A DNA stretch of 64,000 nucleotides from Phoronis australis (Eukaryota > Animalia > Phoronida). The notes beneath the pieces were generated by a model. It did not search any database. It saw only the letters and a list, made by a program, of their open reading frames with translations, and was not told where the DNA came from. How positions within the stretch are numbered: position 1 is the stretch's first letter; each line of letters opens with the position of its first letter. The translations under genes were made by a program, and so were the position numbers. The DNA is taken from assembly GCA_002633005.1 (NCBI GenBank), contig NMRA01000595.1, forward strand, positions 34,423 through 98,422. Direction: 5' to 3'. This document shows positions 13,401 through 25,816 of the stretch, piece by piece.

Positions 13401-16400
13401 TTACTCAGCAGTTTTATAAATAGATGCACTAAAACATCACTATTTGTATACGGAAAGTGGTTTTGAAAATATTTTTTCAATTTAGGTTTTGAAACATCTG
13501 AAGCGCAAGAAGGGGGATTGGGTAGTTGGGGGGGGGAGCGGCACGAACCAACATACCCCGATTTTTCTATGTAATCTGGTGACAACATTCACTTCAAATT
13601 GGTAGTGATAGGACAGTAACATGAAGTGCTTGGTACGAGAGTGAAAGTGGTGATCATTGTGGAGGTTCTGGGGGGTGGATAGTACGAGAGTGAAAGTGGT
13701 GATCATTGTGGAAGTTTTTTTTTTGGGGGGGGGGGGGGCGANCTGTGAAGTCAACACAGTGTGAACTCAGATTAGTCTGCACTATATCCAGAGTGTAGCA
13801 TGTAAGTATGGATGGATAGATGTGATGGGATGGAAGGATGGATTTGATTTTGGTATCCTTATAATTAAAGGCTAGCTTTCAACAGACAGGTCCAGAAACT
13901 AACCAAACTTCATTGTTTATGCACTGACAGTGACGATTGAAAAGGGTGCCACAGGTGGTACCAGGTGGCACCACTGATCTCAGACCTTCCATCAAATTTG
14001 TAAATCTTACCCATTTATTTTTATGTAATACGCGGTTTCTAATTATTTGGTTGATAAAGTTTTGTTTTCAACTTTAGTTATTTTTACAATAGCAGTACCA
14101 GTACTTAAATAGCACTTTGCAGTTTTAGAATTGTGTACACACGATTATGTTCATGATGTCCTGTCTACGTTTTTGAGTGTAATCGATTGTAGCGACCTCT
14201 GGTGTTTGCTTGGTAGCGTTTTGCTTGGTGTTTTGTCTGCTTTATTTCAACAGGAGTTATAATTTTAGAATCGTGTTCCTGCAGTTGTTGATGCTTGTAT
14301 TTTGCTATTTTGCTTGCTCCACTGATTTCAGCACTGGAAAGTTTTCTTGTTTAAATAATCTGTTTGCAGTGTATATAATGCTCTAGTGCTTGGATCAGAA
14401 TTTGCTCATCTAGGCGAGGCAGTTGGCCGCTGCTTGTGAATTTTAACCTCTGGGATTAAATTAGAAGTTTCTGTTAAGATTTTCGAGACCGTAGAAAAAA
14501 TTCCATAACATCAAAATGTCAAGAACATTAGATCTCAGAGAAAGTTGATCGGATTCAAGTAAACTTTACAGATACCCCAAAACTCTGTCAGGAACTGTTT
14601 TTAAATTGTTCCACTTTGGCATGAGGGGCTATCCAAAATGGGATTTTTGCTATTCCTTATGAAAAAATTTCTCGATATTTTGGGCACATGGGCAACTTGT
14701 TGATGAGGTCCAGCTAGCAACCTTGACAAAAAATTATTAGGAGTCTGTTCAGAGAAATAAAAGGAAAGAAAAAGGATTTTTAGAACCCTTGTCTTTCATT
14801 TTATTAATTAACTAATTACTTTCATTCTTTGTGATTTGCGCCACTTGTACATCACTTATGAAAGAAGAAACTTTTATCCCACTCTACTACAGTAATTAGA
14901 ATTAGTTTTTGGTTTTCAATTTAAATGCTATACTGGCTGATTTAGTCAACTTGGCATAGTATATTTGGTACGCCAGACATCTGTATGGCAATTGGAAACA
15001 GAAATTTGTTAGCAAAAAGTGTTTTGAAAACTTTTTTTAATTTGACAATTGGAGTAGAACATTTTTGAAGTTAATATAGGTCCACTGTCCATGTTGTGCA
15101 TCCCACTTTTTCCACATGTCTTGTAAATATGTTTTGACTCCATTCTTTTTTATACTACATTTTTAAGCCCTATATTCATTTAAAATAATTGTAAAATTCT
15201 CCGTTTAATTTTCAAACCTGTTATCAACTGGCTGAGAATAAGATGCTTTAAGAGATTACCTACTAGGCCTTGCGATAAATACTAAGATCTGTTTTCTTGT
15301 GTTCATTGTACCAACAAGATATGCATGTCATTTTCAGGGTGACAATATCTGCTCAGGGTCCTGTGACAATCAATGACCAAATCGAGGCTCAGACGACTTT
15401 GAAGCGGCAAGGAAGCTACGACAGTATCAATACGGAGAGTTCGACAGGGGTGAGTGTCTCCATCTGTTGTCATGCGCGGTACTCATTCAGGTCCATGCAC
15501 TGTGTGTTTGAATTTAGATGAACAAAAATGGAGGTTGGCTGTTGAACTAATTTAGGGGATTTGAATTTATTTTGAAAAGTCTTACGAGTGTTCAGTAAAA
15601 TGTTGGTTTGAGTTGACTCCTGTTGCATTACTGCGGGGTTAGCTGAACGTTTAGTGTTCACCCAGATGAGCATATAGTTAATGATGGCAAAAATTGTAGT
15701 TTCGCTCCTTATTTTGGCCAATTTCCTCGATAAAGTAAAAAGTGTCGTAAAAATGTCGGTGGAAGCCGCATTGCTAGTATCTTACAATTGACTTATTGTT
15801 TATTTTTGTTGGGAATTGTGACAAAATTAATATTATTCAGTTTTATGTGAAAGCAAAACGACTTCTACAAGATTCGGTTATTTTTTTCTGAACAATCATA
15901 AAGGAGATGATGTAACAGTAAGGCTTTGAAATGTTCTTGATATGTGCACTTTATTCAATATACTTCTGTCTCACTGGTTATCTTAGATGGTGATTGTCTG
16001 CATTAGTTTCTATGGTAACTCGAAGTTGCCTGAACAGTTTGTCAGACACTTCTATGTGAAACGTTTAATTGAATTTCACTCATTGAAATGGGAAAATGTT
16101 AAAAAGTAAATTGAGTTTGTTGTGTGCCACCAAAACGGGTATTTAGTGCCATGCGTTGAATCGATTGTTCCGCGTTTTGCGCCAGCTTCGGTATGACCAA
16201 AATGAAGGCTATGTTGGATGTTGTTAGCAAGCCTGAATTTGGCCAAATATCTATAAAACTATTTAACTTGATAAAGTTTCTATTTTATGAGAGTAGAAAG
16301 CCTGTTGAGTTTCATTTCTGACTTTATACCCATTTACTATTAATCGGGTCATGTGACTGTGTCTTTTAATAAAATTTTCCAAAAATGGTGCATTCATTGC

Positions 16401-19400
16401 AAAGCGTTGGTATCATGACCAAATTCCATTTGTTTAAAAGTTCAACGTGAAATCTCAAAAACGTTGGTTTTTCTTAATTTTCATTCCGTTTCTGTTTGAT
16501 TTTTTTTTGTAAAAATGTTTGTTTTTGATATTTCTTCAGTTTGAAGTTGAACATCTGAAAATGAATTCTCAAAAGTGTTTTGGAAAACAATGCTTAAAGC
16601 GTAGTATCTGAAAGTTTCATATAAATCTGATTAGCCAACGAGATGCAGTATTCTGAAGTTAGCCAAATATTGACATTTTTCCATGGTCCCATGTAGCCTT
16701 ATGGTACTATCTAACTAAACGGCATGTTGTTTACTAATATTGAACCATGCACGTTCTTTTATGTTGTGGTCGCCATTTTCTGAAAGTTTTTGCATATGAA
16801 GATTTCGTCATAAGAAAACCTGACATTTATGTGAGCTAGTATCTCGTGACGTCAGTTATGGTCTTAGGTCTGTGGTCATTTTTTCAGACACTAGGAAAGG
16901 TGTACCTTCAGGTAATCTGTTTCTCAAATGCTGGCTCCCTTGCTGCTGACAGCCAATTTTATCGGAGTTGTTTTATGGTACTTATGTAGGGCAAACTATA
17001 GTATTTTAACAAAATTTACTTTCTGATAAATATTTGTGTTGAGACATTTAACTACGCACTTTTAAAAATGTCAGAGGTGAATGAGTTAAAAGCTAAACTA
17101 AAGATTTCCTTTTTGAATTCACGCAGTTTTGTTGCAGTTACAAGGCAAAAAAAGAGGAAATGGAATTAATCCAATTCCTGTCTTCATCCTTCGGAAAATT
17201 ATGGGTATTTGCAATTAACGCATAAGGTCTCTAATGGAGTGCCATAGGTATTTTGAGGCTGTTTATGTGGCTTTGCTTATCTGCTGTTTGATCGGTTAAT
17301 ATCCCTCAACAATTGGATTAGCCTCGAGTGGCATTTAATACTGGATCGCCTATGACTTGTCTGGCTCACCTTTCAATCACTCTCCCCCTCGGTATCGATG
17401 TGTTTATCTCACCATTAATTCTAATTACCTGGTTTGAAAGTGGTTGCCATAGCAACTTTGCGGAGATGAGCATATCATAGGTGAACTACATTTTCCAGAT
17501 ACTATCTATTGTGTGTCTTCTGTCATGCTCAACAGTTGTGTGCAGGAGTTGGCGGAGTGAGAGGATTAGGGTTGGAAAATATACGCGATCTATGATTTCT
17601 TGCACTTTGTGTTAGGCTGGATTCTTCAGACATCTGAATTGCAGAGAGCTCAAATTGACATTTGCTCTGGATAATTGATGACTATTCACTCATCTGTAAA
17701 GTTGAATGGCGGATTCAACTAACATTGGCTAGCTGACGTTTAAAGCATTCGTTATCAGAGATATATGTGGAAAAAAGCCTTGAGAGAATTGCTGACGACG
17801 AGCAGAGTTCATGTACTTTTTGGCTTCTGGTTGTTTTACTTGTCAAAGCGCTGTAGAAGCCCACTTTTATTGAAAACGTCTGATTTTAGGAAGACACTGT
17901 TCTTGTTCAGAATATTTTTAGCTACTTTTGGTCATAATCTGTAAAGATGTAAATAGAGTACAAACTAACAGACGCTTGTTTTTCTGAGAGGTTCATGTAA
18001 TACAAAAAGTTGATGGGATATCGTACCGTACTGCGTTATTTTTTAACTTGAGAAAAGCAGAGCTGTTTGCACCCCTCAGTTAGTCCATTAGCCTGCAACT
18101 TCCTGCTGAGTGAATAACGTTGCTGAAGATCAGACTGTAAGTTGTGAAATGGATAGACTATTGTATCTACCGCGATTCAGAATACCACGGCCACAGATTT
18201 ACACGAAGGAGGAACTGAAACGGATTGCGGAAGAAAACGATAGAGGCGGTGAGACAAAACTTGGAGAACTTACTGATGATGGAGTCAAAGGTCATTCTCC
18301 AGTCAGTGAATTTCTAGATAACGGCAACATTGAAATTACGGAGATCGAGTCTGATGGGAATGAGGTGCACATTTTTTTTGCAGAATTGTCATTTTTGGTT
18401 ATTTATGGTCCCAAGTTTCTCAGATAATTTAGGATTTTCACTTGCTAAAGCTGTGTGCAGTGCCATTTTTCACCTCCGTTGTTTTGGTTTGTGTTTTGGA
18501 GTTGAAGCCTATACGTTGGTTCTTTTATGTGGTTAATTAAATGTCTATGCATGTTCTGATGCCATTTGTGGTGCATCAGGCATGATTATGCCATACGGCT
18601 GGGCCTATGGCACTGATCACCTGATTATGATTCATGTGGACCTCTCCTGGCTGAAGTCTTCTAACCTGCTCATGTTTCTCTGGGAAATTACACAGCCAGT
18701 TAGTGTTGTTTATTATTTATGATAATACCATGTTGGACAGAGTTCATTGATTGCTTCGAAGGAAAGATTCACCCCTTTTGACTTGATTTATTCTTGTCTG
18801 GTTTTAAGTTTGAAATTCTGGTTTGTCCTAATTAGAGCTGCGTGGGTCTTTAACAAGTTGGATTTATTTATAGAAAAAGTGACTGTCGTATCAGCTTGTC
18901 TGTCTTGAATTAGCGGCTAATTTGGGCATTAGAAGGCGAAATAATGATAGCTTGTTAGTGGAGAACTAAAACTGAACACCTGGTTTATGGGCATGTATTT
19001 CTTGCAAAAACTTGTGATTGTGTATTGAAATGAGGCTCTGTAATGTGATGTTGAGGTTATGAGTGTTCATGGTTAAAGTTATGTTCAGCGCCACCTTTAA
19101 AAACTTAGAAAGTAATGAGTGTAAGACTTAGTTTGGACACAGCTATGGTGTGAACAGAATTGAGTTCTGTTCACTTCACCACTAAATGTTACAACTTGAA
19201 ACCCGAAGTACTAACATCAAAATGAATTAGGCATGCAGTGCAAACATGGCTAATGTATGTATAGTCAGATTATCACTTATGACTGGTAGGTGCTTCATGC
19301 TGAAACCAAGTTACTGTATTGTTCACTATTGTTTAGTGGTTTCCATGGCAACAAATGAAAATTACATTTTTGTGGTTTTTGTGTTTACTCCCAGGTGTTC

Positions 19401-22400
19401 GCCATTTTTCCCGCTATAAATGTATTTGCATTGCACTGAAGAGACATTAAAATTTATGCTGCCATGAGACAAATAGGTGTAATTTCATGTTGGCAAATTT
19501 TTGAATGAAAATAAAAGTCCAGGCATGCGTTCAATAGTGCTAAGGACCTATGCTAGGACTTGCTAAAATCTAGCCAGAACCACGTGTTCTCATTGAAAAT
19601 ACACGGCACTATCTCACATAATCTCGCGAAGTCTTGCTTTTTAGCGAGGTCCTAGCATTATTGAACGAGAGCCAGGTTTCACTCAATGTTGTGCAGGTGT
19701 CGTGAAAGAATATTTGTCTAAAATTTGTGTGTTAGTATCGAGACTCCGCTTTGAAATTAGACGCTGACAATTCTGGCAATACATTAAAACTTGTCCAGCA
19801 TAGGTCAGGCTTAACCAGATGGCTAGATTTCATCCGAGTAAATGAAAGTCTGACTTGTTTGAATGGGCCAAGTGAAAACGCAAGAACAGCCATACCATAG
19901 AACTTCCAGTACAAGACAAAATAGCATTATCCTGTCATGACAGATAATTTTGTGAACAGCAAAAGTGACTAGCACTAACTATTGTGGGGGAAAAATTCTA
20001 GTAGCAGAATGGCCTTGCCAAATTACCTACTGTCTTGTTACTTACTCTTAGTCCTCGGTCACGAGGGAAGTCTAGTCTGACATTGAGGGAAGTCTAGTCT
20101 GACATTGAGGGAAGTCTAGTCTGACATTGAGGGAAGTCTAGTCTGACATTGAGGGAAGTCTAGTCTGACATTGAGGGAAGTCTAGTCTGACATTGAGGGA
20201 AGTCTAGTCTGACATTGAGGGAAGTCTAGTCTGACATTGAGGGAAGTCTAGTCTGACATTGAGGGAAGTCTAGTCTGACATTGAGGGAAGTCTAGTCTGA
20301 CATTGAGGGAAGTCTAGTCTGACATTGAGGGAAGTCTAGTCTGACATTGAGGGAAGTCTAGTCTGACATTGAGGGAAGTCTAGTCTGACATTGAGGGAAG
20401 TCTAGTCTGACATTGAGGGAAGTCTAGTCTGACATTGAGGGAAGTCTAGTCTGACATTGAGGGAAGTCTAGTCTGACATTGAGGGAAGTCTAGTCTGACA
20501 TTGAGGGAAGTCTAGTCTGACATTGAGGGAAGTCTAGTCTGACATTGAGGGAAGTCTAGTCTGACATTGAGGGAAGTCTAGTCTGACATTGAGTTTGTCT
20601 TCTGCCCAGTTGTCATGGCGGGGAACTCCGGATCATTTTTGTCTGATTATTTTTGGTTTGTTTATTGAGTGTCTTACTCTTGCGAGTTTTCCATCCGTTG
20701 TTATTTATGAAACATTTCCCATGGGGTTTGCCTATGGTAAAATGTCGACAGTTTAGAGCACATTTCGGTTGTGGGACATCTCGTTTCGTCATTTTTCATA
20801 AAAGATATTAGTAACACCAAGTATTAAACATGTTATTGTTAGTTCCAATGTGTAGCTGTTTTGGGAAATTTCTAGCATTCATAGCGATGCTGTTAGCCTC
20901 TGAAAAGTGAAAGAAGATTTAATTTTTGGTGGAAGTGTGTGCCATACAGCTGAGTGGTACGAGTACAAGACCGGTCCCAATCTATGAACAGTGTACTGTT
21001 ATGGATTATTAATTGTTGTCTTGTTTTCAGTCTCCTACCTTGAAACACAGTGGTGACAGGCATAACAAGCGTTACTATAGCGACCCAATGCACGTAAGTG
21101 TTTAGTTCATTAGTGTCGGAGTGTGTCGTCTGACTTGGACTTTAAGTGCACGTGATTAACACAACTCTGGCTAACAATCAGAAAATTAATTGTGACGCCT
21201 GCTGTCAGTTCACAGACTGGCGATTTGTTTACTTGCTATTGTTGAGTCGTGTTTACTGTTGCATTGCACAGTACTGGAAATTTATTGAATCACCCTCAAG
21301 TATGTGAGGTTGATGAATTGATAATAAAAATTTATTATTTTTTCATTTTTGGGAAATTTAGTTCATGATTTGGATACACAATGTTGATAAAATACCGTAG
21401 TTTTTTAAACTGTTGACGATTTTCGTCATCTGGCCTCTTGTGTTTGTTAATAAATGTTAATATGTTTGTTAATAATGCCGATGTTACAGCATATTCCTAA
21501 GGAGCAACAGAAAAGTGTGGAAACCAAGAAGAAGTCTAGTGAGAAGTTGTATCAACTGAAGAGTGAGGTACTAGAATTAGTCAATTTCTAGTCATTCAGG
21601 TTGTTGGCGGAGAGGTCTTCTGAGGTTGTACAGAAATGAGAAAAATGGCTTTCGTGCTGACATAGAATATCTTGTAACATGCATTGGCAAAGATAATAAT
21701 AATAGAAATACAATCAAATGTAGCATCAATAAAAATTGTTTGATAAATTGAATGTCTTTAAATTAATGAAGAATTTTGCTTCTTTATTCTTGGGACACAG
21801 TGATTTTTTTCTTTTTTCCCCTTAAATGAAAAATTATTGTTTTTTTCTATGCTGGGAGGCAAGCAGTCTTTCTTCACTCAGCTTGCTGCTGTCGTTAAAT
21901 GAAGTTCTCAAATGCGAGATTATGTGTGATTGTCACTGACTTGCAAAATTCTTCCTTTTCTAGCTCGTGCGTCCAGAAACCATCGAACCTGAAGGTGACG
22001 TGATAATCGTTTACAAGCACAAGCCAACACTGGGCATCGCCATAGAGGGCGGAGCTAACACCAGACAGCCCCTACCCAGGATAATCAACATTCAAGTACG
22101 TTATCCAATTCGCGTGTACGCTTCACAGTACCTTGTGCTTTGTCACGGATATTGCCATGTCCATTTTAAGAAGGGGAAAATGCATATTTTGTATACACGC
22201 GCGCATCCAGCCTAAAAAGTGGGGAGGGGCTCGAATTCTTGTGGATGTGGATCTTTTACTAAAAAAATTTTAAAAATAAATAAAATGAGGTACGGTCAGA
22301 GCAGTGAATTGTGCGTTCACCGTGCACTGAATTTTGATTGTTCCTGCCTTTTTAGTGGACTTTTGGGTGTGCACATGGTACATGAACCATGAACAAGCTT

Positions 22401-22975
22401 CAGCGGGTGGCTGTATCTTGATATCATTTCCCTTTTGTGTGGGGCAGAGTAATTATCCCATAAACAATGATGTCAGTATTAAATCTTTGAATCATGGTAC
22501 TAGATAAATGGCTTGTATATCAGCAAGTTTGGTGCTGGATGAAAGACAGAAGGAACACTAGACAAGGTTGATGTCTCCATTTAAACTGCACTCAACTGGA
22601 ATATTCAGTAAGCTGAAGGTGTTTGGATGGGTTCTGTGACACCTTAAAAAATGACGATAATCTTTTATATGTACAACTTCAATGTTAACAATTAACATAA
22701 CATTGCTCCAAAATTAGACCAAGTAGTAACCGTTGTATGTCAGTGCTGCTGTCATCACGGTCATTACATGTTCTGGCTTTCCATTTCAGCCCGGCGGGTC
22801 TGCGCACGAGTCTGGCGGCCTCAAGGTCGGCCACGTCATCCTGGAGATAGACGGTCACTCAATGTCTGGCTTAGAACACAAGCAGGCCGCTCGGCTCATT
22901 GCTGAGTCATTCAAGAACAAGCGTACTGCACAGATGGAGTTTGTGGTATGTGAGGACAAAGAAATCAGCCTATGA
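7265..22975 (+). CDS. WHRN: Whirlin (Usher-complex PDZ scaffold), partial multi-exon gene
   Basis: Exons with AG/GT boundaries: 7265-7474 (duplicate 9211-9420), 10302-10427, 15338-15449, possibly 18149/18181-18364, 21031-21093, 21490-21567, 21964-22095, 22790-22975. Peptides GRVPG..YSWVDPEGRSVSPP, GRSLGLMIRGGTEFGLGVYITGVD and TLGIAIEGGANTRQPLPRI..LKVGHVILE..EHKQAARLIAE closely match whirlin PDZ1 tail, PDZ2 and PDZ3 as recalled. The 5' exons and the rest of PDZ2/HHD2 were not found. Confidence 0.9.
7754..7855. mobile_element. Truncated end of a CAGGGCT-terminus DNA transposon/MITE
   Basis: Ends ...tgtcgagccctg (reverse complement CAGGGCTCGACA) exactly where copy 2 of the duplication starts; internal aggtcgca/tgcgacct and cagctcg subrepeats; absent from the equivalent site at 5911/5912. 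Confidence 0.6.
9211..9420 (+). CDS. WHRN: Whirlin exon (end of PDZ1 + linker), copy 2 (probable allelic copy)
   Basis: Same peptide as 7265-7474 with only synonymous differences; intact splice sites. Confidence 0.85.
10302..10427 (+). CDS. WHRN: Whirlin exon, first half of PDZ2
   Basis: tttag|GTC...AAG|gtacg, VNCVVDEGRSLGLMIRGGTEFGLGVYITGVDAYSVAENAGLK. Confidence 0.92.
10791..11008. other. Assembly gap (218 N)
   Basis: Run of N; lies where the missing whirlin exons would be expected. Confidence 0.99.
13632..13711. repeat. Short direct repeat (gtacgagagtgaaagtggtgatcattgtgga x2) beside G-runs and the single N at 13742
   Basis: Two ~31-bp identical copies 50 bp apart. Confidence 0.7.
15338..15449 (+). 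CDS. WHRN: Probable whirlin linker-region exon
   Basis: ttttcag|G GTG...GGG|gtgagt, open frame VTISAQGPVTINDQIEAQTTLKRQGSYDSINTESSTG; lies inside the gene but has no domain homology. Confidence 0.65.
18149..18364 (+). CDS. Possible whirlin exon (acidic linker; internal exon from 18181 or alternative first exon from ATG 18149)
   Basis: Open frame MDRLLYLPRFRIPRPQIYTKEELKRIAEENDRGG...EIESDGNE ending GAG|gtgcac, phase 0 and compatible with downstream exons. Confidence 0.5.
19523..19672. mobile_element. MITE, PIF/Harbinger-like (3-bp CAG TSD)
   Basis: Imperfect TIRs GCATGCGTTCAATAGTGCTA / reverse complement GCTCTCGTTCAATAATGCTA, flanked by cag at 19520-19522 and 19673-19675. Confidence 0.65.
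20063..20593. repeat. Perfect 22-bp minisatellite (GAGGGAAGTCTAGTCTGACATT) x24
   Basis: Direct reading: 528 bp of identical units with no spacers, plus 3 bp of a further unit. Confidence 0.97.
21031..21093 (+). CDS. WHRN: Probable whirlin small exon
   Basis: ttgttttcag|TCT...CAC|gtaagt, 63 nt, phase 0-0, SPTLKHSGDRHNKRYYSDPMH. Confidence 0.7.
21490..21567 (+). CDS. WHRN: Probable whirlin small exon
   Basis: ttacag|CAT...GAG|gtact, 78 nt, phase 0-0, HIPKEQQKSVETKKKSSEKLYQLKSE. Confidence 0.7.
21964..22095 (+). CDS. WHRN: Whirlin exon, first half of PDZ3
   Basis: ttctag|CTC...CAA|gtacg, LVRPETIEPEGDVIIVYKHKPTLGIAIEGGANTRQPLPRIINIQ. Confidence 0.93.
22790..22975 (+). CDS. WHRN: Whirlin last coding exon, PDZ3 end + C-terminal PDZ-binding-like motif
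   Basis: tttcag|CCC GGC GGG...TGA, PGGSAHESGGLKVGHVILEIDG...EISL*. Confidence 0.93.
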   Translation, partial: PGGSAHESGGLKVGHVILEIDGHSMSGLEHKQAARLIAESFKNKRTAQMEFVVCEDKEISL

Positions 22976-25816
22976 TAGTGGTCAGAGCATGTGATGGACA
23001 GGCAAGGCTCCACCCTCTTTATCTATATTTGGGCAAAAGCCGGGGTCATAGGTTTTGTCGACGTTTGCTAGCATAAGACATTCCAGGGCTCAAAGCCTTA
23101 TCTTTGTATTCGAAACTCGACTTGAAAATTGGCATATCAAGTGACAGGCTTCGAGTAAATTTTTGAATTGGTGCTCCAGTAACTTGGCATGATTTTTATG
23201 TTTCGAGTCTTGAGTCAGAGTAAGGTGCAAGTTTGGAAATTAGACCTGGGTCCCTGGAGAATGTCGAGAAGACTGACCGTCACAAGGCATTGGACTTGGC
23301 AAGTGCCCTGAGAAGACTGAATGTCACACAACATTGGACTCATTGAGTCCGTTGCCAAAGTTAGTGTATTATGTAAGAACTGACTGCACTGCTGAGGTCT
23401 GAGCTCATGAAATTGCCCAACAGGTGTCACCACATGTGTTAGCCAGCAAGCTTGTTGTGCATAACAGAATGTGAAAATAAAGGTTAAATTTTCAGTGGAA
23501 AAATGCTTTCTGCCAAGGCTGCACCTTTATGTGCTGAAAGCAGTGCATTTATGGTGGTTCCCTGTCCAGACCCTAGATGGAGTTGCTGCTACTCGATCGC
23601 AGATGTGTTGCAACTTCAGTAATTAATGCCAGGCACAGGGTAAAATGGTGTTCTGCTTGCCGTGGTCAGATGCATTGTCTTCTGTCTGTTAGAGGACTTG
23701 TGTGAACGGGCAATCAAGTTGTACAGTAATTCGCTGAGAGACTGCTTATTGTGCAAATCATTCCGTACCGGTCTATAATGATTACTGTTTGTTAACTTAT
23801 TTATATGTTAATAGTTGTTAAATATTGCAGGTAATGGTTGTTAATATATTAATTAATATCCACATTCCAGACAAACAGCTGTAGTAACTGTACTTTTGTA
23901 TTTTACAAAATCATTCCAATTACAGTTTTTGTGCATGTTGTATTTAGTCCTATAACATAATGTTCTGTGAACGTATTTGTTGTTAATTGGCCAGTTTTGT
24001 CCGTGTGTGGTCTCGTTTGGAATATAACCTTAACTCTATCTATGGTTGACTAAGTGCGGTTCGTGAAGATTGGGACCGAAGGTCAAATTTCCTGAGGAAT
24101 GAAAATGGAGTGACTGAAACTTCATGACCCATATAATGACCTCTATCTCAATCCGAGGACGAGAAGCCAGTGATTTTTGAAAATGACTTGTCTAAAATGT
24201 GAACACTTGCATTTTATTTTTTTCTGTCTTATAACTACAGTCTTCTAACAAAAACTAAATTTTACATATAGTAGTACCCCCCGTTTGATAATAGGTCATG
24301 TTTGTAAAACTTAACATTCCTTTTTGGCCTTTTTGGACCATGCAGACCCTTGTTAACATTTAGGAAATAAATTACTAGGATGTTGGTGAGTGTTGTTTGT
24401 TGGATGAAATTAATGTATGCATAATTGACAATTACGAGTTGCTCTCGACACAAGATATGATAGCTATATTATTTTGTTTGTGAAACATTTTCCCATTTTG
24501 TCACTTACATATTAAACTATTTGTTGTATTTGAAATTTTGCACTAATATTTGTCTATTGTATCTATGTATTTAAACATTTATTCTTAAATCAAATTTGCT
24601 CAATTGTACAATTTTTGATCCTGTAGTACTTGCTAATATGGAAAAGGATTTTTTGTTGAAAATTGTCAGTGTAAAATTGTCTGAATATTTGCTCGACAAT
24701 TGTTGACCAATTCTCAACAAAATTTTCTGCTTTTCCATGCAACCAACTGCTGCACACAAACTGGAGGCAATCCTAGGCTGTTTTCATTGTCATGGCAAGT
24801 ATTTCAGAAGGAAGTTGTTAAAACTCTAAACATTCACAAATACAGACAATACATCTGTAAAACTGTTCACCATTTCTGTTTAAAAACCAAGTTTAGTTAG
24901 GATATTTTTTGCCAATCTACGGCCTTGCCCTTGAATGAAAAGAGCTATGCTTACTTGTGTCAATCACGTTTTCACATATCTGAAGTATTTCATTATTTCT
25001 TAATGTCTTTTAGACAGTCTGTGTGATAGGAAATCAGATGATCAGCTGTGTTTACAAAATAATGTTTATTTGGTTGTACTTAAAGATATTTTCGTTTCTC
25101 TTGCCCTATCCTTTGAGCTGAATAGGTTGGCCCGTAGAATATTAGTTAACGCAGTTGGGGGCCATTCATTTTTGTTACAAAATTGAAAACATTCTTTTGT
25201 CAGACAGTAAATGAAATATTTCGAGTCTTATGGTCAGTCGTAAGAGGGTAACAATTTTAATTTACCTTGATTTGTGTGAAATTAACCGTCAGCTCGGTAT
25301 AACTATCTACAATTTACATCCACTTGGCCAAGAGGGAAAGCCTATAAGGACAAAAGGCGTCGTTGCTTTTCAAAGTTTATGTATATTTTTGTATAGTTTA
25401 TAATTATATAATAAAACACTTAATGGATTCGTTGTTTTTAAGTAAAGCTCAGAAAAAAGGCTACAGCAAAATGCATTAACAGGTGGTGGAAACGATCCTT
25501 GCTGTACATGGTACCGTAAAAACCCTGAATCCCAACCACACTTGTGCACTTACAACAGACCACTTTTTCGTCCAATAGATCACATAGATACAATATCATG
25601 CAATTGTTCGATACATGTAAGAGTACCCAAGTGAGGTTAGTACTGTGAATGGTAAGTTTTTTCTGGTGCGTGGTGAGAGTTCGTGACCGTGGTAAATTTT
25701 ATTTCCACCACCTGATTTGCATTAAATACATGTACCATTGCAGAAAATCTCATTACACAGGCATAAAAATACACATTAATGTCAAGGACATGCTGCCATG
25801 TTCAGGTCTTCAAGGC

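Noticed and set aside
11780-14680. Two related old repeat fragments (about 11780-11960 and 14470-14640)
   Set aside because: Similarity is patchy and no termini or TSDs can be defined by eye
20063-20593. CRISPR-like repeat array
   Set aside because: Head-to-tail identical units with no spacers, no cas genes, and located in a eukaryotic intron
7265-22975. PDZD7 or harmonin instead of whirlin
   Set aside because: PDZ3 LGIAIEGGANTRQPLPRI, LKVGHVILE and WVDPxGRSxSPP are whirlin-type as recalled
23084-23310. CAGGGC...GCCCTG element in the whirlin 3' UTR
   Set aside because: TIR match only about 6 bp and no TSD; too weak
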